Shown: in pieces, positions 14,287 to 26,859 of the stretch
How the letters are laid out: every line of letters starts with the position of its first letter
How positions within the stretch are numbered: position 1 is the first letter of the stretch
Assembly (NCBI RefSeq): GCF_001194135.2
Contig: NC_068984.1
Coordinates: 63,927,842-63,991,841, forward strand
Source of the DNA: Octopus bimaculoides
Taxonomy: Eukaryota
Direction: 5' to 3'
Length of the DNA: 64,000 nucleotides
The notes under the pieces: generated by a model
Told to the model about the DNA's origin: nothing
What the model saw: only the letters and a program-made list of their open reading frames with translations
Database searches by the model: none
Translations under genes and position numbers: made by a program

Positions 14287-14760
14287 CTATCGGACTGTTT
14301 CTCTCAGATGTAGCTAGTGTAGCTGATGAAGAATCTCGGACATAGCTAGGACGTAGATTTTTAAAGGAGTCAGAAGTCTTGGTCTTTACTGCTCATGAGC
14401 AATTTTGGGATGACAATGCTCGTAAGGTGAAAGCAAAAGTGACCGACCAATTCTGTATGTTGTGTCAAGCTTCAACCTGGGAGATGTAAGGGGGATGAGA
14501 GTGATAGAATCGTTATCCGAGAGGAAGTAATGGCAACATCACTGTGACCAAGCATATTCCTGTATCCTGAAATACAAAAACAGTCATTGTAACTTAACTC
14601 AAAGTCACCTGCGACGACTGACCTGTCATATATCATCAAATTCTTGTTGAAGGATGTCAGGCAGCTTCATTGCCTCCTAAGGTTGTTTGCTGCATATTTC
14701 TTGGGGAAATCGGCGCGCTATTTCATGCGGTAGAATACTTGGAGCCCAAACAAATGAAAG
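14285..14760 (+). mobile_element. Second R4-type fragment (pre-zinc-knuckle region)
   Basis: The frame from 14292 reads GLFLSDVASVADEESRT*LGRRFLKESEVLVFTAHEQ...KAKVTDQFCMLC, matching the R4 LHGQF..W L...LK.ETE..I.AAQEQ...CRLC pattern. The 3' limit is uncertain. Confidence 0.6.
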
Positions 14761-14945
14761 ACTGACGAGACAAACGTCGCAGCTAAAACCGAAGCAAGGT
14801 GAGTATGGTTAACTAAAACCACAATAGACGAAGACTATTTCAGTGAAGCGTACAGGCTAACAATAAAAACGACTGTAACCGTGAGGTACCTACGGATGAT
14901 ACGCCCACACACACATCCATGCACACACGGACACGAATACAGACG

Positions 14946-14993
<48 letters not shown>

Positions 14994-15780
14994 AACTCAC
15001 ACGCACAGACATACATATATAGAGGTAGAAAAAGGGTAATATAAAACAAAGATGCTTTACGCACAGACCAACACATATGCATGCATACACACATACACGC
15101 ACACGTATGCACATACGTATGCGTGCGATTACCGTCGTCTGTACGGTAGTGTTCGTATTTTAGAGTGGATTCCACTTGAAGCCTCTGGATGTGCGTGCGT
15201 GTGCATAATATATCGCTTAATACTAATGAACACTAATAGTTTGGTTGCAATTTCAATTGTCATAAAGTATGATATTTTCCAAATTAAAACTGAAAATCAC
15301 TATCCTTTAGTTATTTATTGAGCCTCAAATATACTTTTAAGCAGAATTGATTGCCAGCAGATAGATTTAGAGATATATGTGGAAATGATAATAGAATAAT
15401 TTAGAATCATATCACCAATTTCAATAAGGTGTTGACCCTAAGTTTAAGAGAAATGATTCCTATTAAAATTATGCATATACTTTGGAAATGCACTAAAATT
15501 ATGACATATATATGTTTATATATATNNNNNNNNNNNNNNNNNNNNNNNNNNNNNNNNNNNNNNNNNNNNNNNNNNNNNNNNNNNNNNNNNNNNNNNNNNN
15601 NNNNNNNNNNNNNNNNNNNNNNNNNNNNNNNNNNNNNNNNNNNNNNNNNNNNNNNNNNNNNNNNNNNNNNNNNNNNNNNNNNNNNNNNNNNNNNNNNNNN
15701 NNNNNNNNNNNNNNNNNNNNNNNNNNNNNNNNNNNNNNNNNNNNNNNNNNNNNNNNNNNNNNNNNNNNNNNNNNNNNNTA

Positions 15781-16082
15781 TAAGCCTAGTACTCATTCTA
15801 TCGGTCTCTTTTGCTGAACCGCTAAGTTACGAGGACGTAAACGCACCAATATCGGTTGTGAAGCGTTGTTGGGGGACAAACACAGACACACAAACATATA
15901 CACACACATACATACATATATATATATATACATATACGATGGGCTTGTTTCAGTTTCCGTCTACCAAATCCACTCACAAGGCTTTATTCGGCCCGAGGCT
16001 ATAGTAGAAGACACTTGCCGAAGGTGCCACGCAGTGGGACTGAACCCGGAACTATGTGGTTGGTAAGCAAGCTACTTACCTC
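15781..16082 (-). mobile_element. SINE family A with 3' module
   Basis: Reverse complement gives GTAAGTAGCTTGCTTACCAACCACATAGTTCCGGGTTCAGTCCCACTGCGTGGCACC, followed by the (TA/TG)n middle and the 3' module. Confidence 0.9.
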
Positions 16083-17923
16083 ACATGTCTGTCTATTTCT
16101 GTGTGTAGCTTCTAAAATCTGTCAGATTACAGAGGCCACACACATATAATCATACGTCTATGCAATTCCTTATGTTTACGAAACCGAGCCTCAAGAGAAA
16201 ACATGAATTGAACAATTGAACAATAACACCCAACCACAACCACTACCATACCAGTGTGCGTGTGTTTATTTGGCAAGAAAAAAATATGACATTCCCGAAA
16301 TACAACGATATGTTCGACACACAATTTCATATAAGAAATCTAGCAAAACATATGCATAAACTTCTGTGTTTGTCTGTGTGCGTGTATATATATATATATA
16401 TATGTGTGTGTGCATATATGTATGTATATATGTATGTATGTATGTATGTATATCTATCTATCTATCTATCTACCTATATGTATATATATATATATATACC
16501 GAAGTAACTTGTTATAGATAACCTGCCATACTGCAATATTGATTGTACAAATGTGCAGAAATTTTAATTCATTGGGTAAAGAACTTTTAATTTTGCCAAA
16601 GTATGTACGCATAAGAATTTAGACATACGCAAATATAACTACGGAAAATGAAAATGCATTTGATTATGCGTAAAGAAATGCAATGCTGTATACATAATTG
16701 TGCATAGAACAGCATAGCCGATAGGCATATATCTTGTGTAAGCATATAATATATTTTCATGATTATTGATGAATTTTCGCATTGTTTCTGTATTCATTCA
16801 TACATTTACACATCCATACACATATGCACATGCATGCACACAAATATACACCCATCTACATTCGCACACATATATGTACCTTTGTATGCATATACAACCA
16901 TCTACAGGCATTTTGACACACGAGCACTCATGCATGCACAATAACTTGCATATAAATATAGGCGTTAAATACATATGTAAGAGGAAACGTGCGTTTAAAT
17001 GATCTACGTAATCCTACTCATTTTGATATATCTTGAGGGCCTTCCACAGGGAATCATTATGCATTAAGTAAATGTGTTTTCTGTGTAATTATATGTACTA
17101 AATAATTCATATTGTGGCAAGAGTTGAGTACATGAATTTTAAATTAAAATAATTGGGTTGAAATCTCTAGTTTCTATAGCTGATGTATAGAGCAACGTAT
17201 CAATTGCTTCCTCGTGAATAGACGATTTTCATATGAACCTCAATATTTTAACTAAGGACTATGGTAATCCATAAGATAAAAACACAAAATATACGAAATT
17301 CTTTCGTAGCATTAAAAACACATTAAAAAATTGTTACTGATTTAGCTTGGGGGCAAAATATATATTCACTTTGAAGGACTCTACATTTTTCAATGAATTA
17401 GAAATAATGTTCTCAGCAAATATTACAGATATAACTATTAATTTGCTACTGCAAGCAAAATTCGAAGCTGTATATTAGCTGCATGCGTTGTTAACAAAAA
17501 ATGTGGCTTAAGTTATTAACGTAAACATAGATGACACTGCTCCTTTTCGTTGTGGATGATACGTTTGTTCAATTAAATGATTTGCATATGGACAAAGGAA
17601 AATAACGTAAGAACATACTTTCGTTAATTGAGAACCGGATAAGCTAAGATACTAGTTAGAATATTTCCAGCAAAGCATGCGAAAATCAACATGCGAAACG
17701 AACTACCAACTTAAAAAAACTATTTGAAATGTTATTATACTATATCATGATTTCCTACGAAGTAAGCACTTTTTGCTTGCCGTAGGATATTGCTTATTGT
17801 AGCGAACCAATTCTAGAGAATAGTTTTCTAATTGTTCAGACTATATTTTTTAACGCATCACCAGCTCGAGATTCCTATTTTCTCGGATTAAAGATAGACA
17901 TGCACACGCAGAGTGAGTTTCCC

Positions 17924-18049
17924 AAGCGTGGCGACAGGTACAAGCGTGCCGATAGGCACAAACGCGGCGATAGGCGAAGGCGTGACGATAGGCGCAAGCT
18001 TGTCAATAAGCACAAGCGTGGCGATAGGCGCACGCGTGGTGATAAGCGT
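17924..18049 (+). repeat. 18-bp GC-rich minisatellite (7 units) fused to a SINE head
   Basis: Units aagcgtggcgacaggtac / aagcgtgccgataggcac / aaacgcggcgataggcga / aggcgtgacgataggcgc and so on. Confidence 0.9.
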
Positions 18050-18428
18050 AAGTGTGGCTGTGTGGTAGGAAGCTTGCTTCCCAACCACACGGTTCCAGGT
18101 TCAGTCCCACTGCATGGCACCATGGGCAGGTGTCTTCTATTATAGCTAGGGGCCGACCAAAGCCTTGTGAGTGGATTTGGTAGACAGAAACTGAAAGAAA
18201 TCCAGTGTATATATGTGCGTGTGTGTCTTTGTATGTTTGAGTTTGCCCCGCCTCCCGGCATCGCTTGACAACCGATGCTGGTGTTTATATCACCGTTATA
18301 TAGCGGCTCGGCAAAAAGAAAACGATAGAATAAGTCTTAGGCTTACAAAGACTTAGTCTGAGGGTCGATTTCTTCGACTAAAACCCTTTAAGACGGTGCT
18401 CCAGCATGGCTGCAGCTAAATGACTCAG
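18040..18428 (+). mobile_element. SINE family A, full two-module copy
   Basis: gtggctgtgtggtaggaagcttgcttcccaaccacacggttccaggttcagtcccactg...ccagcatggctgcag...aaaagaataaaagaata. Confidence 0.9.
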
Positions 18429-19068
18429 ACAAAAGAATAAAAGAATACCCCGATGGCATAAAATAATTAATAATTTACTCATACTGTAATTAGTTTATTG
18501 GGTGCTTAAGATAACTGAGAACGAACATGTGTGTATGCGTGCTCGCACGCGTGTGTGCTTGCATGTGTGTGTGTGTGTACGTATATACCATCATCAGCAA
18601 AACATTTTCAAATAGCGATGTAGTAAATCTAAAGTCAATTTACACTTATTTAGAGTAGTAAACAGAATTATTTCTCGAAATTCTCGAGGATAGCATACCT
18701 ATATTCAGCCAAAAAGTTAACATTTAGTCACAATATTTAATATACGGAGCTTTAAATGTGAAACGGAAATGATTATTTGGAGAAGGAAAGCAATATTAGG
18801 CATTTAATAAAATTCTGTGTCCAAATGTGGATGTTAAATTAAATCTCAACAAGTTCCGCTTTCTTTATGACATCTTCAGCGAAGCTAAGAATTCATTACA
18901 TTTGCCGAAGCAGTGTTTACACGAGCATGTATCTCCAAGGCACATTTCTTATTCTGACCTCGCAAAATCATCTGAGGAAATGAATAGGTCGAGTATTTTG
19001 TTCAGCACTAAAATACTACGATTATAAAATGCTTGCATTTTTAAAAAATATTATTTTTCATACTCCGT

Positions 19069-21625
19069 TCGACTCTACAGTCTTCCGGCAGCTCCTGCAA
19101 CCAAGCTGGTGCCAAACGTAATGTTCTACACTCCTTTGGACCAAGTCAGCAAGGTCGAGAGAGTAATCCTGACGATTGGACTACCCAGGATTTTCTTATA
19201 TCTAGCCCAAGCCTGCGCAAAACTGGAAAGGATTGGACACTTCAGTGCTGCTGTAAAAAGGGGCAGAAAAAGCATGGGAGGTAGATGTTTCTATCAAAGT
19301 TGCCCTCAGTAGCTGCCCATCCTCCTCTGCTGAAAGTAGGTGGAATTATATCAGGGAAGCTTTATATACCACATCAGTTGATTCTTTCGGCCTGAATGAA
19401 AGGCAAAACCTAGATTAGTTCAGTGCTAAGCTCTCAGAGTTGGAACCAGTTATCAAAGCAAAGCGTGCAGCTTTGATGCAATACAAGAGTGATTCTTCGA
19501 CAAAGTCACTCGAAGAACTCAGAAAGGCAAGAAATAAAACCCAACTGACTGCTAGACGATGTGCAAATAGATATTAGCAGGAAATCTGTCAGAGTATCCA
19601 GTCAGCTGCTGACAGTGGCGACACCCCTGGGATGTATGCCGGTTTGAAGAAGGCCCTCGGTCCATCCGCAACCAAGTCAGCCCCCCTGAAATCAGCTACT
19701 GGAGATCTCATCAATGACCAAAGTAAGTTAATGGATAGATGGGTGGAGCACTACCAGGATCTCTACTCATAGGAGACCACGGTCGCTGAAGCTGCAATCG
19801 AGTGTGTCAAGATCTTGCCAGCCATGTGCGAACTTGACAGTCTGCCGTCCATAACAGAGCTCACCAAGGCTTTTGACTCCCTAGCCAGTGGCAAGGCTCC
19901 GGGAAAAAAAACGGCAATCCCTCAGAGATCATCAAAGCCGGCAAAAACACCGATCTGCTTCAACACCTTTCATGAGCTCCTATGTCAGTGCTGGGAAGAA
20001 GGTACAGCCCCTCAGGATATGCGGGATGCTAACACCATTACGCTTTACAAAAACAAAGGTGACCGTGGTGATTGTAACAATTACCGTCGAATATCTCTTC
20101 TCAGCATTGTTGGAAAGGCCTTTGCTCACGTTATCCCGTCCAGGCTACAACTACTTGCTTCTCGAATTTATCCAGAATCGCATTGTGGTTTTAGAAAAAG
20201 CAGATCAACTATTGACATGATATTCTCCATACGCCAACTTAAGAAGAAGTCCAGAGAGCAGAACATGCCATTATATATGGCCTTCATTGATTTGACGAAG
20301 GCCTTTGACTTCTTAAGTAGAAAAGGCGGCCATTTCCTCCTGCTTCAAAAAATCGGCTGTCCACCAAAGCTGCTGATTATCATCAAATCTTTCCATGATG
20401 ATATGCAAGTCACCACACAGCGCAATGGTTCAACATCAATCGCCTTCCAAATAAAGAACAGGGTAAAGCAAGGCTGTATCTTTGCTCCTACATTATTTGG
20501 CATCTTCTCGCTGCTGCTGTCAAATGCCTTTGAGACATCAGAAGATGGAATGTTTCTGAACAGTAGAAATGACGGGCAACTGTTCAATCTCTTGCGTCTG
20601 CGTGCCAACACCAAAATCAGAAGCATCCTGATCAAGGAGATGCTCTTTGCTGATGATGCCGCTCTGGTATCACACACAGAAGCCCTGCAAAGGCTCATCA
20701 ACTACTTTGAGCAAGCATGTAGCGACTTTGGCTTAGTTATCAGCCTCAAGAAAACCAATATCATGGATCAGACTACGTCGGACATCCCAGGCATACACAC
20801 TGGAGACCATAGACTACAGGAGAGGAAGAGGTTTACCTACCTTGGCTCTACCGTCACTTACAACCTATCCCTTGATACCGAGCTCAATATACGCATTGCC
20901 AAGGCAACCGCTGTGATGGCCGAACTCTCCAAACGGGCATGGGACAACAATAAGCTGAACAAGACCACAAACATGAAGATTTACCAGTCATGTATACTTA
21001 GCACTCTACGGTATGGCAGTGAGATCTGGACGCCATACACACGCCAAGAGCCTCGCCTAAATATCTTTCACCTGCGCTGCCTCCGGAAAATCCTTGGCAT
21101 CAAATGGCACAATCGTGTCCCAAAAAAGGATGTCCTCAAGCAAGTAGGAATACCAAGCATGTTTGCACTCCGCACACAAAGACGTATGAGATGGCTTGGA
21201 CATGTTAATCGTATGGAAGTTGACAGAATCACCAAAGACATACTCTACGGAGAGCTTGCTAGGGGCACTAGGTCTGTTGGAAGACCGTTATTACCATGCA
21301 AGGATGTTTGCAAAAGGGATATGAAGGCCTGCGACATCAGTATTAGGAACTGGGAAGAGGTTGCCAGCAACCGTGGAGATTGGCGACGCACCATAGAAGA
21401 GGGAGGACAAAGGAGTGACAGAGGGCGAGAGGAGAAATGGAAAGACAAGAAAAGACGTCAACAAGAAACTATGACATCACAACCAGCCAGGCAAAGTCTT
21501 CGCTACATTTGCATAGGACTACGCATCCACAGCAGGAGATGTATTAGGACATGAAATGTAAAAACCGGATGAGATTATTTTATGCGCAACTCCATTGTCT
21601 CTCGAGACAAAAGGATGCCAACAAA
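19069..21625 (+). mobile_element. RTE-clade LINE, 5'-truncated, with RT domain (ORF 19815-21554)
   Basis: RT motifs YKNKGDRGDCNNYRRISLLS, FIDLTKAFD, VKQGCIFAPTLF, LFADD and FTYLGS, plus the RTE C-terminal LRWLGHV..M/GRP pattern. Target-site duplication actccgt at 19062-19068 and 21626-21632. In-frame stops upstream and a locally frameshifted stretch near 19900 indicate it is inactive. Confidence 0.95.
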
Positions 21626-22735
21626 ACTCCGTAAATTCCCATCGCAACACATTAGAGTAATTTATACAAATTTGACAATTTCCTAATTTTACATCATTAT
21701 GTTAATGGAAAAGAAACCTGGTGTTGAGTTATGTTATTTTGTAGCTGTTAAATCAAAGTCAATTCAAGTCAATTCTGAAAATTGCTGTTCAACTTCGACA
21801 CAATCTTTATACGAGTTCTAGGTTCTATGACAATATACTAGACTAATTAAATATAATAAGTACTTTGGGCCTGATATATTAACTTTTCTAGCTAAACAAA
21901 ATAACATATGGTCAGTTCATTTTAACATCCGTTGCTTTGCTGCAGTGTTGTAAAACTCTGCGGTATCACTGGTAGCATTAAAATTACATGAAAACAAACC
22001 AGCCTCTTATTTGTGTGCATTATAAACATTTTTTCACAAAAAGCGGGAAGCATATTCAATTAGACTTTTATTGTCAAATAAAAGATCTTAGCAAATCATG
22101 TTCCCAATATACTAAATATATTCCCATTATAGTAAATATATTCCCATTATACTATATGATGTCTATTTCTGACAACAAAAATTATCTTAAATTTAATACT
22201 AAACTAATTATCGCATTCACTGGTTTGGAAAACTTTTTATTTAAGTAGCGTCAGAACAAAATTTATGTCATTTAAATTTAAATTTACTTTCCACTTTAAT
22301 TGATCTTAAATGAACTATGAAACATATTAATTTTTATTAAATAGCTGTATTAAATATTTCTATCACTTTTCATTTTTTGCTATATTCCGTTCTTAACAAT
22401 TGGCATATATTTAATAATTTCGTACTGAAGAAACATAACGATCTTTAAAAGATTGTATCTGAGAATATTAAGAGCAAACTTATTTATTGTTGACATATAA
22501 TTAAATTAAATGAAAATAGATTTTTATTTCATTTCATAGACGAGAGACTATGCTTCCGGCAAACTGTTCATATTTGTAAAGACGGTAACAAGGAGCTTAA
22601 TCATTAACAAGGAGCTTAAGATAATATATACACGTTTAAATTTACAAATGACATTTAAAGGTACTCAACCCATACATCTTAGAGATGATTTTCGTTTCCT
22701 TGAAGCGAACGTTATCACTTTCCCACTTTCCATAG

Positions 22736-22816
22736 AGTCGATGTGCGAAGTGAAATCCAATGTGACAACCAAGATGAGCCTCAAATTCAGATAAATGAAT
22801 ATAATATTTTTAAAGA
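22736..22816 (+). CDS. Candidate exon (phase 2 to 2): VDVRSEIQCDNQDEPQIQINEYNIFK
   Basis: Acceptor ttatcactttcccactttccatag and donor AGA|gtatgt. Only one frame is open. Confidence 0.35.
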
Positions 22817-23494
22817 GTATGTCTATAAGGTGGTCTAAGTAAGAAACACGATCATAATTATACACCTATTTCACACAGTTTTCTAAGAATTGTGTAAAAG
22901 AACGATATTGAAGAATTATAGAACTAACACTCCAGTCTTCTTCACGTTTGTATATATATATATANNNNNNNNNNNNNNNNNNNNNNNNNNNNNNNNNNNN
23001 NNNNNNNNNNNNNNNNNNNNNNNNNNNNNNNNNNNNNNNNNNNNNNNNNNNNNNNNNNNNNNNNNNNNNNNNNNNNNNNNNNNNNNNNNNNNNNNNNNNN
23101 NNNNNNNNNNNNNNNNNNNNNNNNNNNNNNNNNNNNNNNNNNNNNNNNNNNNNNNNNNNNNNNNNNNNNNNNNNNNNNNNNNNNNNNNNNNNNNNNNNNN
23201 NNNNNNNNNNNNNNNNNNNNNNNNNNNNNNNNNNNNNNNNNNNNNNNNNNNNNNNNNNNNNNNNNNNNNNNNNNNNNNNNNNNNNNNNNNNNNNNNNNNN
23301 NNNNNNNNNNNNNNNNNNNNNNNNNNNNNNNNNNNNNNNNNNNNNNNNNNNNNNNGTGTCTATATATATATATACATATATATGTATATACACACATACA
23401 TATATATATATATATACACACACATGCATATACATATTTACATACGTACGAACATGCATACATACGTACTTACATACATATATGTGTATATGAT

Positions 23495-23695
23495 GGTTTC
23501 ATATTTTGGCACAAGTCCACCTCGTTCTGGAGGAGTATTACATCGACCCGAGTACTCAACCGGTACTTGTTTTATCGACCCCCGAAAGGATGACATGTAA
23601 AGTATACCTCGGCGAAATTTTAACTCAGGTTGTAAAGATGGACGAAATACCGCTAAGCATTTTGCCCGGCGTTCTAATCATTCTGGCAACACACT
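23495..23695 (-). mobile_element. SINE family B
   Basis: Core accggtacttgttttatcgaccccgaaagg...cctcggcgaaattt...gaaataccgctaagcattttgcccggcg. Confidence 0.85.
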
Positions 23696-26340
23696 GCATT
23701 TGCATGAGTATATAATAAAGCAGGAAAATCGTCCTCATTCGGGGAATCATTCTTTAATAGGCGAAATGATGGTACTGGTATTAAATCTAGTTTCAAGATA
23801 ATGGTGTTCCACATTCAATTTCAACTTTATAGTTTGGGAAACAACACTGTGGCCGATAAAAGTACAAATTCTCTCATGAAGTATACTTCGATCTCTTTCG
23901 TTCATTGATTTGTCTGGAACGTGAATGTACTGCGGACAGCAAGCAGTGAACTGAGACACTAAAAATACTAAGTGTTGCCATTAGGAAGGAGAAACGAATT
24001 AAAATCTGAAAGTTATTCATGCTCACCATGGTAGTCCCAAAATTAGGACGAAAGCTGCCGTGAATTAGCTCCAAGAAGCCATCGCCTCTAGCTAGCTATG
24101 TGACACACGAAACCTGTGGCCTTTATAACCTTCGAACAGGGGAGGTCAGCAGTGTCCCCCTGCTGGTTTGGCATCTGCAGACTAGTTTCAGGGNNNNNNN
24201 NNNNNNNNNNNNNNNNNNNNNNNNNNNNNNNNNNNNNNNNNNNNNNNNNNNNNNNNNNNNNNNNNNNNNNNNNNNNNNNNNNNNNNNNNNNNNNNNNNNN
24301 NNNNNNNNNNNNNNNNNNNNNNNNNNNNNNNNNNNNNNNNNNNNNNNNNNNNNNNNNNNNNNNNNNNNNNNNNNNNNNNNNNNNNNNNNNNNNNNNNNNN
24401 NNNNNNNNNNNNNNNNNNNNNNNNNNNNNNNNNNNNNNNNNNNNNNNNNNNNNNNNNNNNNNNNNNNNNNNNNNNNNNNNNNNNNNNNNNNNNNNNNNNN
24501 NNNNNNNNNNNNNNNNNNNNNNNNNNNNNNNNNNNNNNNNNNNNNNNNNNNNNNNNNNNNNNNNNNNNNNNNNNNNNNNNNNNNNNNNNNNNNNNNNNNN
24601 NNNNNNNNNNNNNNNNNNNNNNNNNNNNNNNNNNNNNNNNNNNNNNNNNNNNNNNNNNNNNNNNNNNNNNNNNNNNNNNNNNNNNNNNNNNNNNNNNNNN
24701 NNNNNNNNNNNNNNNNNNNNNNNNNNNNNNNNNNNNNNNNNNNNNNNNNNNNNNNNNNNNNNNNNNNNNNNNNNNNNNNNNNNNNNNNNNNNNNNNNNNN
24801 NNNNNNNNNNNNNNNNNNNNNNNNNNNNNNNNNNNNNNNNNNNNNNNNNNNNNNNNNNNNNNNNNNNNNNNNNNNNNNNNNNNNNNNNNNNNNNNNNNNN
24901 NNNNNNNNNNNNNNNNNNNNNNNNNNNNNNNNNNNNNNNNNNNNNNNNNNNNNNNNNNNNNNNNNNNNNNNNNNNNNNNNNNNNNNNNNNNNNNNNNNNN
25001 NNNNNNNNNNNNNNNNNNNNNNNNNNNNNNNNNNNNNNNNNNNNNNNNNNNNNNNNNNNNNNNNNNNNNNNNNNNNNNNNNNNNNNNNNNNNNNNNNNNN
25101 NNNNNNNNNNNNNNNNNNNNNNNNNNNNNNNNNNNNNNNNNNNNNNNNNNNNNNNNNNNNNNTATATATATATATATATAAACATATAAACGATACGGAT
25201 TTGTAAATACAAGAATCCTTCGTGAATAATGATTGTAGTAAAAGCAGCCGTTCAATCACATAATGTTGCATCCATCAAACTGGCTTAACGCGACGTTATG
25301 ATATTCATATGGGCTGCGTGCCAATTTTGCAAAAGGTGAATAATATTGTCCAGGCATACGAATAGGCATTTCTCCAAATATAATGCAGAAATATGTATGC
25401 CTCTATAATCACATACGTTGGAAGCCATTTGCCGACGATCAACCAAGATTGAAAGAAATTTGGCAAGAACATTAGTTACTGTAGTTAAATAATCAAGTTT
25501 TCCTAGCATGTATTTTGTCTGAAAAACCTCTTTTAATCTCGTTTCTGATTGATTATTCAAGACAATCTATTACTAAACAATTTTTACTGCCAAATGTATA
25601 GCCCGTAAATATTCCGAACAATTCGGAACATTTCTTTTTCCTGTGTAGCACTGAATCAGAATCTAGCTAGTTTTGTTGCAGTTTTTGTTTTGTCTCTATA
25701 ATGTCTCTCGCTATTTGTCGCTGACCGAACAGAAAATCTTAGGTTTAATTTCGAAATATTTCATCGTTGTATATCCAGAATAACGCTGTGAATTATGCTA
25801 AACAAAATATTTATCGCTCGATTTACTTTATTCAGTATTTTACTACATTTTGCTCCTCAACTTCCAAATGAATTTCATCTTTTGTCATGGCATTAATGAT
25901 TTTATGACTAACAGTTCATTAAGTCCTAATCACTTTCCCTTACATTCAATTTTAGTACTTGATTATCTTCTGTAGTCATCATTGAGATAAACATGTTAAT
26001 TGTTTTTAGAGTTGCACAACATTTTGACCAAACGTATATTACTTATCTAAAAATCTCTACTTAAGAAAAACATTCACTAATATCCGCACATATAAGTGGT
26101 ATCTAAGACCCGACTGAATCTAATACTCCTTTATTTATTACTTTGTAAATAGACATAACATATAAAATAGTAATGTAAGAATAATGCAGAATTGCCTACG
26201 AAAAGAATTCTTCACACAATTTACTTTTCTTATTTTTCAGCCGAATATAACATCAATAAAAGAATCCAGAAATATATATTTAATCACATTGTATTATATT
26301 GTATTATATTTTATATATATCATATTTATCATATGCTATA

Positions 26341-26377
<37 letters not shown>

Positions 26378-26660
26378 CATATATATAATACGTATATATG
26401 CATATATGTATATATATATGTATTCATATACATATACGAATGTCATTCATATACATATACGAATGTCATTTATTTCCTCCTTGATCTCTGACGTCAGCTC
26501 ACAAAGGCTTCNNNNNNNNNNNNNNNNNNNNNNNNNNNNNNNNNNNNNNNNNNNNNNNNNNNNNNNNNNNNNNNNNNNNNNNNNNNNNNNNNNNNNNNNN
26601 NNNNNNNNNNNNNNNNNNNNNNNNNNNNNNNNNNNNNNNNNATATTTATCATATGCTATA

Positions 26661-26697
<37 letters not shown>

Positions 26698-26859
26698 CAT
26701 ATATATAATACGTATATATGCATATATGTATATATATATGTATTCATATACATATACGAATGTCATTCATATACATATACGAATGTCATTTATTTCCTCC
26801 TTGATCTCTGACGTCAGCTCACAAAGGCTTCCGAGTTGGAGATGGCTGTAACAGCATTT

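Noticed and set aside
14315-14350. agCTGATGAagaatctcggacatagct, a hammerhead-like start
   Set aside because: It lacks GAAA and is better explained as R4 coding sequence (ADEES).
23713-24193. GC-richer segment next to the large gap with several short open frames
   Set aside because: No assignable protein or repeat motif, and it is truncated by the gap.
26323-26832. Apparently identical duplication of about 190 bp on both sides of the N gap 26512-26641
   Set aside because: An exact copy flanking a gap is most simply an unmerged contig overlap (assembly artefact).
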